From Gemmatimonadota bacterium (GTDB lineage: Bacteria; Gemmatimonadota; Gemmatimonadetes; Gemmatimonadales; Gemmatimonadaceae), in assembly GCA_031372565.1 (NCBI GenBank), contig JANMLN010000038.1, forward strand, positions 1 to 11,151: a stretch of DNA of 11,151 bases, written 5' to 3'. Within the stretch, counting starts at the first letter, position 1, and each line of letters starts with the position of its first letter. The notes under the pieces were generated by a model that was not told where the DNA came from, searched no databases, and saw nothing but the letters and a program-made list of their open reading frames with translations. The position numbers were made by a program, and so were the translations under genes. This document shows, one piece after another, positions 1-8,730 of this stretch.

Positions 1-1298
1 GTCGAGAAGAACGGCTCGAAGATCGCCGGGAGCACTTCGGGCGCGATCCCCGTGCCGTCATCGGAGACGTAGAACCGCACGAAGTGCGCGTCCGGGTGAC
101 TCGGTGCGGCGGTGGATGCCACGACAACGTCGATCCGGCCATTGTGTGCCGTGGCATCGCGCGCATTGACCACCAGATTGATCAGCACCTGCTCGAACTG
201 CGTGGCGTCCATCTGCACGAGCTGCGGCGTCGATGCGACACTGATCGTCAGCGTCCGATCCTTGCCCACCAGACGCTTGAGCAGCTCACCGAGCTTGTTG
301 ACCTGATGGCTCACGTCGAAACGGGTGACCTCCTGGGGCGCCTGACGTGCGAACGCGAGGAGTTGCTTCGTCAACTCCTGCCCGCGCTTGGTCGCGCCCA
401 GAATCACGTCGAGGTCCGCGCTCGCCTCTCCGGGCGGCGCACTGCGCGCCGACTCCGCGCTCATGCCGATCACCGCGAGCAGGTTGTTGAAGTCGTGCGC
501 AATGGTCCCCGACATGCGGCCGACGCTCTCAAGCCGCTGCGAGCTCGCGAGCGCCACTTCGGCGAGTCCCATCTGTTCGGTCTGGCGGACGATGTTCGCG
601 CGCTCATCATCGAGCACGGCGACGATCAAGAGCACGCTCACCACCACCAGCAGGAAGACCTGCAGGAAGATGACGGGCGGGCCGAAGCTTGGCACGGCAC
701 CATCGCGCACCGCGAGCGCCGCCGTGATCACGTTGACCACACTGCGCACGGCGAGCGCAGCGAACGCGATTCCCACGAGTCTGACGGCGAAGCTGCGCCC
801 CGACCGGCGTCGCCAGATCGAATAGGCGTACCACGCCAGACCTCCTGAGAGGCCGATCGACAGCACCGACCCGATCGCCCCGATCATGGCTGTGCCGCGC
901 ACTCCCGGGGCTTCGTTGAGCGCGAGACTGCACACCAGCCCACCGACACCGATCGCCCACAGGCGTCGTGCCGACGGAAGCGCGCGATCCGTCCGACCAG
1001 CGAGCAGTCGGATGATGTGCCATCCCAGTGCGCTGCTGAGCAAGGGACTCAGCGGCACCACGCACGCGGCGATCACGGACGGCGCGTGGTCGGGAAGCCC
1101 GACCGCTGAGGCCGCGACGCTCGCCCAGAGCAGCGCAGCCCCGACAGTCTGGACCGCGAAGAAGGCCGTCGCGGCCCGCATCACGGGTCGCCCGAACGTC
1201 ACCGTCAGGCCGATGCACGAGATCATCGTGCCCGCAGACAGTGCCGTCTGCAGGACCCAGATCAGGACGAGGCTTGGCGGTGAGATGTTCAGGTCCAC
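1..1298 (-). CDS. Membrane-bound sensor histidine kinase (NtrB/CckA-like HisKA + HATPase), 3' end truncated by the window edge
   Basis: Translated by hand; absent from the ORF track because its stop lies outside the window. Probable GTG at 1298, and the frame stays open to position 1. The N-terminal ~230 aa contain about 6-7 hydrophobic segments. These are followed by the H-box QRLESVGRMSGTIAHDFNNLL, N-box QVLINLVVNARDA, G1 VSDDGTGI and F-box IFEPFFS. The start codon is less certain than the product. Confidence 0.92.
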   Translation of the reverse strand, partial: MDLNISPPSLVLIWVLQTALSAGTMISCIGLTVTFGRPVMRAATAFFAVQTVGAALLWASVAASAVGLPDHAPSVIAACVVPLSPLLSSALGWHIIRLLAGRTDRALPSARRLWAIGVGGLVCSLALNEAPGVRGTAMIGAIGSVLSIGLSGGLAWYAYSIWRRRSGRSFAVRLVGIAFAALAVRSVVNVITAALAVRDGAVPSFGPPVIFLQVFLLVVVSVLLIVAVLDDERANIVRQTEQMGLAEVALASSQRLESVGRMSGTIAHDFNNLLAVIGMSAESARSAPPGEASADLDVILGATKRGQELTKQLLAFARQAPQEVTRFDVSHQVNKLGELLKRLVGKDRTLTISVASTPQLVQMDATQFEQVLINLVVNARDATAHNGRIDVVVASTAAPSHPDAHFVRFYVSDDGTGIAPEVLPAIFEPFFS

Positions 1299-1305
1299 GT
1301 TGGGT

Positions 1306-1926
1306 TCAACGCTCCGCCCGCTTCGCCAGCGTGCCGCGCACATCCTCCAGCGTTCCACCCGTCGCGCGCAGCGCCACCAAGGCGTGGTACAGCAGATCAG
1401 CCGCCTCCTCGACGGCGCGCTCCCGATCGCCGTCGGCACACGCCGTCACCAGCTCGGCGGCCTCCTCCCCCACCTTCTTGAGCCGCAGATTCCGATCGGC
1501 CAGCAACTTGGCGGTGTAGCTCCCGCTCGCCTCCACCGCCCCGGCACGTTCCGCAATCGTCCGATCAAGCGCGCCGAGCGCGTCCGCCGCCACGTCCCCA
1601 AAGCACGTGAGCGCACCGGTATGACACGCCGGCCCCGCCGGCCGGACCCGCGCCAACACCGCGTCCCCGTCGCAATCCGCGATCAACGACACCACCCGCT
1701 GCACATGCCCGCTCGTGCCGCCCTTGTGCCACAACCCGCGCGTCCGCGACCGATAGTGCATCTCACCGGTCGCCACCGTCTGCTCCAACGCCTCCCGATC
1801 CGCGGCCGCGACCATCAATACCTGGCCCGTCACCACGTCCTGCGCGATGACGGTCACCGTCCCGCCGCCCTTCGCAAAATCGAGCGCGTCCAGGTCGAAC
1901 GACGCCAACTGTGATTTAGTATTCAT
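1306..1926 (-). CDS. hisIE: Bifunctional phosphoribosyl-AMP cyclohydrolase / phosphoribosyl-ATP pyrophosphatase
   Basis: HisI motifs LWHKGGTSGH, DCDGD and PACHTG..TCF; HisE motifs SYTAKLL, KKVGEEAAE and EEAADLLYH. Start moved from 1998 (inside hisN) to ATG 1926. Confidence 0.96.
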   Translation of the reverse strand: MNTKSQLASFDLDALDFAKGGGTVTVIAQDVVTGQVLMVAAADREALEQTVATGEMHYRSRTRGLWHKGGTSGHVQRVVSLIADCDGDAVLARVRPAGPACHTGALTCFGDVAADALGALDRTIAERAGAVEASGSYTAKLLADRNLRLKKVGEEAAELVTACADGDRERAVEEAADLLYHALVALRATGGTLEDVRGTLAKRAER

Positions 1927-1942
1927 ATGATACGAAATGTCG

Positions 1943-2716
1943 TCAGCTCGAGAACGGGACGCCCAGCGCGGCCCGCGCCACGCCAGCCAGCGCTGCATTC
2001 GTGGCGATCGCGTCGGCGCCCCATGCCGTCGCGCGCCCCTGCCAATCGGTAAAGACGCCGCCCGCTTCGGTCACGATCGGCTGCACGGCGGCCGAATCCC
2101 ACGGGTTCATCATCGGATCCACCATCACGTCCGCACGCCCGGTCGCGAGCAACACGTACCCGTAGCAGTCGCCCCACGAGCGTACCAAGCCGGCCTGCGA
2201 CGCCAGCGACTCCCACCCGACGCGCTTGGCCGCGATGCCCCCCATCCGCTCGTCGGTCGTGAGCACGGTGGCGGCGCCAAGCGTATCAACCGCGCTCACC
2301 CGACAGCGCGTGTCGTTCCACCAACACCCCGCCCCCAGCGCGGCCACGACCAGCTCATCGACCGGCGGACAATACGTCGCCCCCGCCAGCACTGTATCGC
2401 CCTCGGCGACTGCCACCAGCGTGCCCCACAACGGCACGCCGCGCACGAAGCTCTTCGTGCCGTCAATCGGGTCGAGAATCCAGCGACGGCGCGCCTCGGG
2501 GCGCGTTGCGCCGAACTCCTCGCCCAGAATGCCATCATCGGGAAAGCGCGCACTGATCCACTCGCGCGCCAGCTGCTCCGCCCCGCGATCGGCGATGGTC
2601 ACCGGTGAGCCATCGCCCTTGGTCTCCACCGCGACCCCCTGCCGCCAGTGACGCAGCGCAAAGGCGCCCGCCAGCCGCGCCACCTCTGCCACCGCCTGCA
2701 CGAGCGACTCGCTCAT
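1943..2716 (-). CDS. hisN: Histidinol-phosphate phosphatase, inositol monophosphatase family
   Basis: IMPase motifs [34 protein letters not shown] and WDSAA. It sits inside a his operon whose HisB lacks a phosphatase domain. ATG 2716 overlaps the hisF stop (ATGA). Confidence 0.92.
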   Translation of the reverse strand: MSESLVQAVAEVARLAGAFALRHWRQGVAVETKGDGSPVTIADRGAEQLAREWISARFPDDGILGEEFGATRPEARRRWILDPIDGTKSFVRGVPLWGTLVAVAEGDTVLAGATYCPPVDELVVAALGAGCWWNDTRCRVSAVDTLGAATVLTTDERMGGIAAKRVGWESLASQAGLVRSWGDCYGYVLLATGRADVMVDPMMNPWDSAAVQPIVTEAGGVFTDWQGRATAWGADAIATNAALAGVARAALGVPFSS

Positions 2717-3474
2717 GCGGCCGCCCGAACCGGGAGCCCCTCCAAGCGCACGGCATCCTTGCATGCCTGCACTGTGTGCACACCGTCATGCACGATTCCC
2801 GCCACGAGCGCAGCATCAGCGCCGCCCGCACGAAGTGCATCGACCAGATGCGCCGGCTCGCCCGCACCGCCCGACGCGATCACCGGCACGGGAACGACAT
2901 CGGCAATCGCCCGCGTCAGCGCCAGATCATACCCGGTGCGCGCTCCGTCGTGATCGATGCTGGTCAGCAGCAACTCGCCCGCGCCACGCGCCACGCACTC
3001 CTGCGCCCACGCGATGGCATCGAGCTCGGTGCGCGTGCGCGCGCCATGCGTCCACACCATCCACCGATCCCCTTCTCGGCGCGCATCAATACTCGCCACG
3101 ACACACTGCGCACCGAACCGTTCGGCGCTCTCCGTCAACAGCTCGGGCCGCGCGACGGCCGCCGAATTGATCGCCACCTTGTCGGCCCCGGCGCGCAGCA
3201 CGCGACCGACATCGTCCACGGTCCGCACCCCGCCACCAACCGTCAGCGGAATGAACAGTCGCTCGGCAGTCCGCCGCACTGTATCAAGCAGCGTGCTCCG
3301 ACCGTCCGCGCTCGCCGAGATGTCAAGGAAGACGATCTCGTCCGCGCCCTCGGCTTCGTAGCGCTCAGCCAGCAGGGCGGGATCGCCAATCTCCCGCAGG
3401 TCGACAAAGCGCGTGCCTTTCACGACGCGACCATCACGAACGTCGAGGCAAACGATGATTCTACGCGTCAGCAT
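2713..3474 (-). CDS. hisF: Imidazole glycerol phosphate synthase cyclase subunit
   Basis: [52 protein letters not shown] and PVIASGGAG; 253 aa. Confidence 0.98.
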   Translation of the reverse strand: MLTRRIIVCLDVRDGRVVKGTRFVDLREIGDPALLAERYEAEGADEIVFLDISASADGRSTLLDTVRRTAERLFIPLTVGGGVRTVDDVGRVLRAGADKVAINSAAVARPELLTESAERFGAQCVVASIDARREGDRWMVWTHGARTRTELDAIAWAQECVARGAGELLLTSIDHDGARTGYDLALTRAIADVVPVPVIASGGAGEPAHLVDALRAGGADAALVAGIVHDGVHTVQACKDAVRLEGLPVRAAA

Positions 3475-3504
3475 AAGAACACTTAAAGTGCATCATAGCG
3501 ACAA

Positions 3505-4041
3505 TCACTTGATCACCGCCGAAACGGCGCCCTTGGTCGAGAACACCGTACCCGTCTCCACAAAGGCATCACGGAGCGCAAAGCCCAGCGCCTTGAACGC
3601 CGCCTCGACGATATGGTGGCGATCGGTTCCACGCAGCACGCGCAGGTGCACCGTCGCCTTGGCGTGCTCCGCGAAGCTGCGCATCCAGTGGTCGTACAGC
3701 GAGCTGGGCAGCGGCCCGCGATAGAAGAACCGGCCGCCAGCGTCCAGGGCGCAGTGCACCAGCGCCTCGTCCATGGGCATTGACCGATCGCCGAACCGCG
3801 CCGCCGTCGGCGGAAGCTCAGCCGCCACGGCAGCCCCCACCGCGATGCCCACATCCTCGATCAGGTGATGGCGAAGGTCGCCCGAGGCGGTCACGCGGAG
3901 GTCGAGCCCCGCATAGCGCGCGAACGTCACCAGCATGTGGTCCAGAAAGGGCTCGCCCGTCTGCACCACCGCCGCGCCACTCCCGCGCACCAACTCCACG
4001 AGAATCTTCGTTTCGCGCGTCTCGCGCGTGATCGTGCTCAT
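3505..4041 (-). CDS. hisB: Monofunctional imidazoleglycerol-phosphate dehydratase
   Basis: RETRETKI, FLDHML, the two metal motifs DLRHHLIED and DRHHIVEAAFKA, MDEAL, and C-terminal STKG. The ATG overlaps the hisA stop. Confidence 0.97.
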   Translation of the reverse strand: MSTITRETRETKILVELVRGSGAAVVQTGEPFLDHMLVTFARYAGLDLRVTASGDLRHHLIEDVGIAVGAAVAAELPPTAARFGDRSMPMDEALVHCALDAGGRFFYRGPLPSSLYDHWMRSFAEHAKATVHLRVLRGTDRHHIVEAAFKALGFALRDAFVETGTVFSTKGAVSAVIK

Positions 4042-4751
4042 GCCGAGAACTCCTCTGCGATCACGCGCGGATCGAGCGCGCCGGTATAGAGCGCCATGCC
4101 AAGCACACAGCCGGCGACCCCGCGGTCCGCCAACTCGTGCAGATCGGTCAGCGTCCCGATCCCTCCACTCGCCAACACGGGGGCTTCGGTCGCCTCGGCC
4201 ACGTCCTGCATCAGCGGCAGGTCAGTGCCCGTCATGAGCCCTTCCTTGTGCACCGCCGTCACCAGGAAGCCGGCGATCGGCAATCGGTCCAGCTCCTCGA
4301 CCATGTCCAGCACGAGGCGCGACGTCGTCTCGGTCCACCCGCGCGTCACCACGCGCCGTTCGCGCACATCACACGCCACGATCAACTGCTGCGGGTAGCG
4401 CAGCGTCATCTCTTCGAACCACCACGGGTCCTCGAGCGCGCGCGTGCCGACGATGATCCGGTCGGCGCCCGCGGTGAGCAGCTGCTCGATCCGCTCCGCC
4501 GACCGCACGCCACCACCGACCTGCACATCCACGTCCACTTCGCGCAGAATCTCGGCGATCACATCGGCGTTGGACCCGCGACCGAACGCGGCATCGAGAT
4601 CCACCACGTGCAGCCGCGTGAACCCGTACGCGACCCAGTTCCGCGCGACCGCCACCGGATCCTCCAGTCGCACGCGCTCCTCGGTCAACTCCCCTCCCAC
4701 GAGCTGCACGCAGGCCCCCTCGCGCAGATCCACTGCGGGTATCGCAATCAT
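4038..4751 (-). CDS. hisA: ProFAR isomerase
   Basis: IPAVDL, LHVVDLDAA, VQVGGGVRS and VLASGGI; 237-aa TIM-barrel size. The ATG overlaps the hisH stop. Confidence 0.96.
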   Translation of the reverse strand: MIAIPAVDLREGACVQLVGGELTEERVRLEDPVAVARNWVAYGFTRLHVVDLDAAFGRGSNADVIAEILREVDVDVQVGGGVRSAERIEQLLTAGADRIIVGTRALEDPWWFEEMTLRYPQQLIVACDVRERRVVTRGWTETTSRLVLDMVEELDRLPIAGFLVTAVHKEGLMTGTDLPLMQDVAEATEAPVLASGGIGTLTDLHELADRGVAGCVLGMALYTGALDPRVIAEEFSA

Positions 4752-5347
4752 GCTGCGGCCTCCTCGACCCAGGCGCGCACGAAGGCCAGCCCCGCGCGCG
4801 AACTCTTTTCGGGATGAAACTGCACGCCAACCGATCGTCCCGCACGCATCACCGCCGGAAAACGATCACCTTCGTGGGAACTCCACGCCATCACATCCTG
4901 CACACGCGTCGGGCGCACCACATAGCTGTTCGCGTAGTAGGCGACATCCAGCATGGCGGCGGCAAGGAGCGGCTCACGCGGCTCGTCCAGGGTGTTCCAG
5001 CCGATCTGGGGCACACGCGTCGCACGCAACCGCTCGACACGTCCGCCAAAGAGACCGAGGCCCAGGCCGTCGCCTTCGTCACTCCCCTCCGCCATGAGCT
5101 GCAGCCCAAGGCAGATCCCGAGGATCGGCGTGTCGCGCTGTGCCGCCGCACGCACCACCTCGAGGCCAGCGAAGAGCCGCTCTGCGGCAGGCGCGAACGC
5201 ACCCACCCCTGGCAACACGATCGCGCGCGCATCGCCGAGCGCGACCGGATCGTGCTCAAGCTGCACGGTGGCGCCGCCCGCTTCCAGCGCCTTCACCAAT
5301 GAGTGCAGGTTGCCGGCGCCGTAGTCGAACACCGTCACCGATGTCAT
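4748..5347 (-). CDS. hisH: Imidazole glycerol phosphate synthase glutaminase subunit
   Basis: DYGAGNLHS, LPGVGAF, nucleophile LGICLGLQL, VPQIGWN and QFHPEKS. The true start is ATG 5347, overlapping the hisC stop. Confidence 0.97.
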   Translation of the reverse strand: MTSVTVFDYGAGNLHSLVKALEAGGATVQLEHDPVALGDARAIVLPGVGAFAPAAERLFAGLEVVRAAAQRDTPILGICLGLQLMAEGSDEGDGLGLGLFGGRVERLRATRVPQIGWNTLDEPREPLLAAAMLDVAYYANSYVVRPTRVQDVMAWSSHEGDRFPAVMRAGRSVGVQFHPEKSSRAGLAFVRAWVEEAAA

Positions 5348-6393
5348 GCGCCGACCTCGTGCGCAGCCTCGACGACGCGCGCAAGCGTGGACCACGGCGC
5401 CGACGCGATGCGCACGGCGGGGCCGATGACCGGCAGGTCGGCGAAGACCCGCACCAACACGCCGCGCGCCGAACAGGCCGCGGAGAAGGCCGCCGGATTG
5501 CGCACGGGCACACAGAGGAAGTTCGCGGCCGATGGCAGCGGCGCAAAGCCCAGCGCACGGAGTGCATCGGCCAACCGATCACGCACCGCCACCGCCTCGC
5601 GGGCATGGGCCTGCATCCAGGGCACGTCGTGGATGATTGCGGCCATCGCCGCGCGCTCGGCCATCAGGTTCACGGTGTAGGGACCACGCGCGCGCTCGAT
5701 GTTCGCGATCACCTGCGCGTGCGCGACGCCGTAGCCCACCCGCAATCCGGCGAGGCCGAACGACTTCGAGAAGGTGCGCGTCACCAGCACGTTCGCACGG
5801 GATGCCGCCTCGTCGATCAGCGACTCGCCGGCGTAATCGGCATACGCCTCGTCGACGACCACCAAACCGCGCGCCTCGTCAATGACGCGCAGCAGCTCCG
5901 CGCGCGGCACGAGCGTGCCGGTCGGATTGTTCGGTGAACAGAGATAGGTGACCGCGGCACGCTCGGCGAGCAACGCCTCGGCATCGAACGGCCCCGATGC
6001 CGTGATCGACACGGGCCGTGCGGCGAGCCCGAGCATCGCTGCGAACACGGGCGTCATCACGAACGTCGGCGCCATCCAGGTGATGGACGCGCCCGGACCA
6101 GCGTAGGCGTTGAAGGCGCAACGGAGGACTTCGTCAGACCCGCATCCGGTCACGATCTGTTCGGGCGCGACGCCATGATGCGTCGCGAGCGCCGCCTTGA
6201 GCGGTTCGCTGTACATCGATGGATAGCGCCACGACTCAGGCGCCGCGTTGGCGAGCGCGGAAACGGCGGACGGTGCGGCACCCCACACATTGGTGGAGTC
6301 GGAGAGGTCCACCCCTGCGGTGGCCCGCGCCGGTTCGTAGCGCGGCACGGCGGCGAGCCCCGCGCGCGGGGCGAGTGGTGCCGGTGTGCTCAC
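5344..6393 (-). CDS. hisC: Histidinol-phosphate aminotransferase
   Basis: GCGSDE, LCSPNNPTG, VVDEAY, PLP-lysine motif RTFSKSFGLAGLRVGY and PSAANF. Start reassigned to GTG 6393, which overlaps the hisD stop (GTGA) and is preceded by GGGAGG. Confidence 0.96.
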   Translation of the reverse strand: MSTPAPLAPRAGLAAVPRYEPARATAGVDLSDSTNVWGAAPSAVSALANAAPESWRYPSMYSEPLKAALATHHGVAPEQIVTGCGSDEVLRCAFNAYAGPGASITWMAPTFVMTPVFAAMLGLAARPVSITASGPFDAEALLAERAAVTYLCSPNNPTGTLVPRAELLRVIDEARGLVVVDEAYADYAGESLIDEAASRANVLVTRTFSKSFGLAGLRVGYGVAHAQVIANIERARGPYTVNLMAERAAMAAIIHDVPWMQAHAREAVAVRDRLADALRALGFAPLPSAANFLCVPVRNPAAFSAACSARGVLVRVFADLPVIGPAVRIASAPWSTLARVVEAAHEVGA

Positions 6394-7718
6394 GCCCCCT
6401 CCCATGCGCGCGCGGCCGCGGCATGCCCCGGCAACCCCTCCGCATCGGCGAGCACTCCGGTGTCGGTCGCGAGGCGCGCGGCCGCCTCGGGCGTCACACG
6501 CTGCCAGGAGGTCCACCGCATGAACGATTCGGTCGAGAGACCCGAGAAGGAGCGCGCGAGCCCGCCCGTCGGCAGCACATGGTTGGCACCCGTGAGATAG
6601 TCACCGAATGCCACCGAGCTCGACGCGCCGACAAACACGGCACCCTGCCGACGCAGTCGCGGCAAGACCGCATCCGCATCGGCGACGGCCAGCAGCAGAT
6701 GTTCGGCCGCGAACTCGTTCGCGAAGGCGACCGCTTCGTCGATAGATTGGACTGCGAGGAGCGCGCCGCGCGCCGCGAGCGCCTGGCGAACGATCGTCTT
6801 CCGACCGGCCGCGCGGACGAGCCCTGCGAGCGCTTCGTCGACGGCGTTGATGGCGTGATCGTCGCCGATCACGAGCGCGACGACGCTCGCGTCGGGATCA
6901 TGCTCCGCCTGTGCGAGCATCTCGCGGGCCACGAGCAACGAGGACGTGGCCGCGTCGGCGATGACGAGCACTTCACTCGGGCCGGCGGGGCTGTCGATAC
7001 CCACGATGGACGAGACCTGCAGCTTGGCTTCGTTCACGAAGGCATTGCCCGGGCCCACAATCCGCTCGACACGTGGCACCGACGCGGTGCCGTACGCCAT
7101 CGCACCGATCGCCTGCGCGCCGCCAATCGCAAAGACGCGATGCGCCCCGGCCAGCGCGGCTGCCGCGAGTACCGTTGCCGCCGGGAACCCATCGGGCCCC
7201 GGCGGCGAACAGACGACGATCTCGCGCACACCGGCCACCACCGCCGGCACGACCCCCATCAGCACCGAACTCGGGTACGACGCGCGGCCCCCCGGCGCGT
7301 ACACCCCCACGCAGTCGAGCGGATCAGGGCGACGGCCGATTGTGACCCCCGATTCGGTTTCGACGACGACCTCGCGCGGCCTCGCGGCCTCGCTCGCCAC
7401 CTTGAGGTTGCGGACCGCATGCTCGAGCGCGGCGCGGAGCTCGGGGGCCAACCCCGCCAACGCCGCGTCGATCCTGGCGCGCGGGACTTCGACGGCCGCA
7501 ATCTTCACGAGATCGAGCTCGCGCGTGAGCGCCACGAGCGCGTCATCGCCGCGATCCCGCACGTACTCGAGGATGGCGGCCACCTGCGTCCGCACGGCGT
7601 CGTCGTCACGCGCGGCTGCGCGGCTCAGGATGGCGCGGCGGTCCTCGTCGCGCAGGCCGGTGAGCCGTCCGTGCGCGCGCAGGGGGACGCGCGAGATCTC
7701 GTCGTCGGAAGGAATCAT
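6390..7718 (-). CDS. hisD: Histidinol dehydrogenase
   Basis: VGVYAPGG, IGGAQAI, IVGPGNAFV, IDSPAGPSEV, AQAEHD, AAEHL, GDYLTGANHVLPT and EGLPGH; the Zn-binding and catalytic motifs look intact. The ATG overlaps the hisG stop. Confidence 0.98.
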   Translation of the reverse strand: MIPSDDEISRVPLRAHGRLTGLRDEDRRAILSRAAARDDDAVRTQVAAILEYVRDRGDDALVALTRELDLVKIAAVEVPRARIDAALAGLAPELRAALEHAVRNLKVASEAARPREVVVETESGVTIGRRPDPLDCVGVYAPGGRASYPSSVLMGVVPAVVAGVREIVVCSPPGPDGFPAATVLAAAALAGAHRVFAIGGAQAIGAMAYGTASVPRVERIVGPGNAFVNEAKLQVSSIVGIDSPAGPSEVLVIADAATSSLLVAREMLAQAEHDPDASVVALVIGDDHAINAVDEALAGLVRAAGRKTIVRQALAARGALLAVQSIDEAVAFANEFAAEHLLLAVADADAVLPRLRRQGAVFVGASSSVAFGDYLTGANHVLPTGGLARSFSGLSTESFMRWTSWQRVTPEAAARLATDTGVLADAEGLPGHAAAARAWEGA

Positions 7719-8578
7719 GGCGTCAACCGCTCGATGCGGGTCACGAGAATGCCTTCGCCGCCCAGTGCCTTCAGGTCGGCGATCGTGCGATAGATGGACT
7801 TGGCCGCGACCACCGCGTGCACGGCCACATGCGACCCACCGTTCATGATGTCGATGACGGTCGGCCCGTTGAGGCCCGGGAACACGGCGCGCACCTGGTC
7901 GAGGGCGGCACGCGGCACATTCGCCATCACGTACCGCTGTCCGCGCGCCCGCAGCACGGAGGCGAGCGCGGTCGAGAGGCCGTCGAGCGACGAGCGGCGC
8001 GCCGGGTCGGCGAGCGCGGCCGGTGACGTGATGAGCCGAGCGGACGACTCCAGGACGGTCGCCACCTCGCGGAGCCCGTTGACCTTGAGCGTCGAACCGG
8101 TGGAGGTCAGGTCAACCACGATATCCGCGATCCCGATGTGCGGCGCGATCTCGGCGGCGCCAGACACCGGCACGATGTCGACCTTGACCCCGATCGCGGC
8201 GAAGTAGCGGGCCGCCAAGCGTGGGAACACGGTCGCCACCCGCGTACCGGCAGGAAGCGCCGTCAGGGGCGCGACCGACCCGTCGTCGCGTGTCGCGACC
8301 ACTAGCCGGCAGCGCCCGAACTCGAGGTCCAGCAACTCCTCGAGCGGCCGAGCGGACTCCTCGACCAGATCGCGCCCGGTCACCCCGGCGTCAGCCGCAC
8401 CATCGGCCACGAACTCCGGGATGTCCTGCGCCCGCACGAAGAGCGCCTCGAATTCGCCCCCCAGCGAGGCGGTCAGGGCGCGTTCACCGCGGCCCCGGAC
8501 TTCGAGGCCGGCGTCCGCCAGCAGCTCGCGGGTGTCGTCGGACAGGCGGCCCTTGTTGGGCAGGGCGATCTTGAGCAT
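7715..8578 (-). CDS. hisG: ATP phosphoribosyltransferase, long form with C-terminal regulatory domain
   Basis: IALPNKGRL, VRAQDIP, GVTGRD and EIAPHIGIADIVVDLTSTGSTLKVNGL. The 287 aa include the C-terminal domain (PGLNGPTV..LKALGGEGILV), so HisZ is not needed. Confidence 0.98.
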   Translation of the reverse strand: MLKIALPNKGRLSDDTRELLADAGLEVRGRGERALTASLGGEFEALFVRAQDIPEFVADGAADAGVTGRDLVEESARPLEELLDLEFGRCRLVVATRDDGSVAPLTALPAGTRVATVFPRLAARYFAAIGVKVDIVPVSGAAEIAPHIGIADIVVDLTSTGSTLKVNGLREVATVLESSARLITSPAALADPARRSSLDGLSTALASVLRARGQRYVMANVPRAALDQVRAVFPGLNGPTVIDIMNGGSHVAVHAVVAAKSIYRTIADLKALGGEGILVTRIERLTP

Positions 8579-8619
8579 GGCAGGGACAGTGCGTGCGAGA
8601 GGGGAGAAACTGGGGGGGC

Positions 8620-8657
8620 AGAAACGACGACGGCCCGTCCTCTGGAGGGACGGGCCG
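8620..8657 (-). terminator. Attenuator terminator hairpin of the his leader
   Basis: Perfect 10-bp inverted repeat CGGCCCGTCC (8631-8640) / GGACGGGCCG (8648-8657) with a 7-nt loop. On the minus-strand RNA it is followed by an imperfect U-tract, UCGUCGUUUCU. It lies between the leader peptide and hisG. Confidence 0.85.
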
Positions 8658-8730
8658 GGGAGGCGGGCTTGAGCCCGCGATGCGGATTCGGACTCTCGCG
8701 CTCTAGGCGCGCCCGCGCACTCCCCGGCCC
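8652..8730 (-). promoter_or_regulatory. Antiterminator helix of the his attenuator
   Basis: CTCCCCGGCCC (8720-8730, leader codons 16-20) is the exact reverse complement of GGGCCGGGGAG (8652-8662). The helix extends by 6 bp (8711-8716 with 8663-8668) after a 3-nt bulge. It takes up 6 nt (8652-8657) of the terminator's 5' arm. Confidence 0.85.

Noticed and set aside
84..848. 254-aa plus-strand ORF with a His-rich patch (HAHHHQQE)
   Set aside because: Antisense shadow of the sensor kinase; the His codons are the reverse complement of Val codons in a TM helix.
1927..6516. Extended N-termini in the ORF track for hisIE (1998), hisN (2764), hisH (5395) and hisC (6516)
   Set aside because: The extensions lie inside the upstream gene. 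Downstream starts give family-typical lengths and, for hisN, hisH and hisC, 4-nt stop/start overlaps.
886..8672. Many long plus-strand and alternate-frame ORFs over the his genes (e.g. 886..1914, 2605..3486, 6219..7793, 6946..7848)
   Set aside because: Arg/Pro/Ala-rich and motif-free, overlapping well-supported genes; expected from stop-codon scarcity at high GC.
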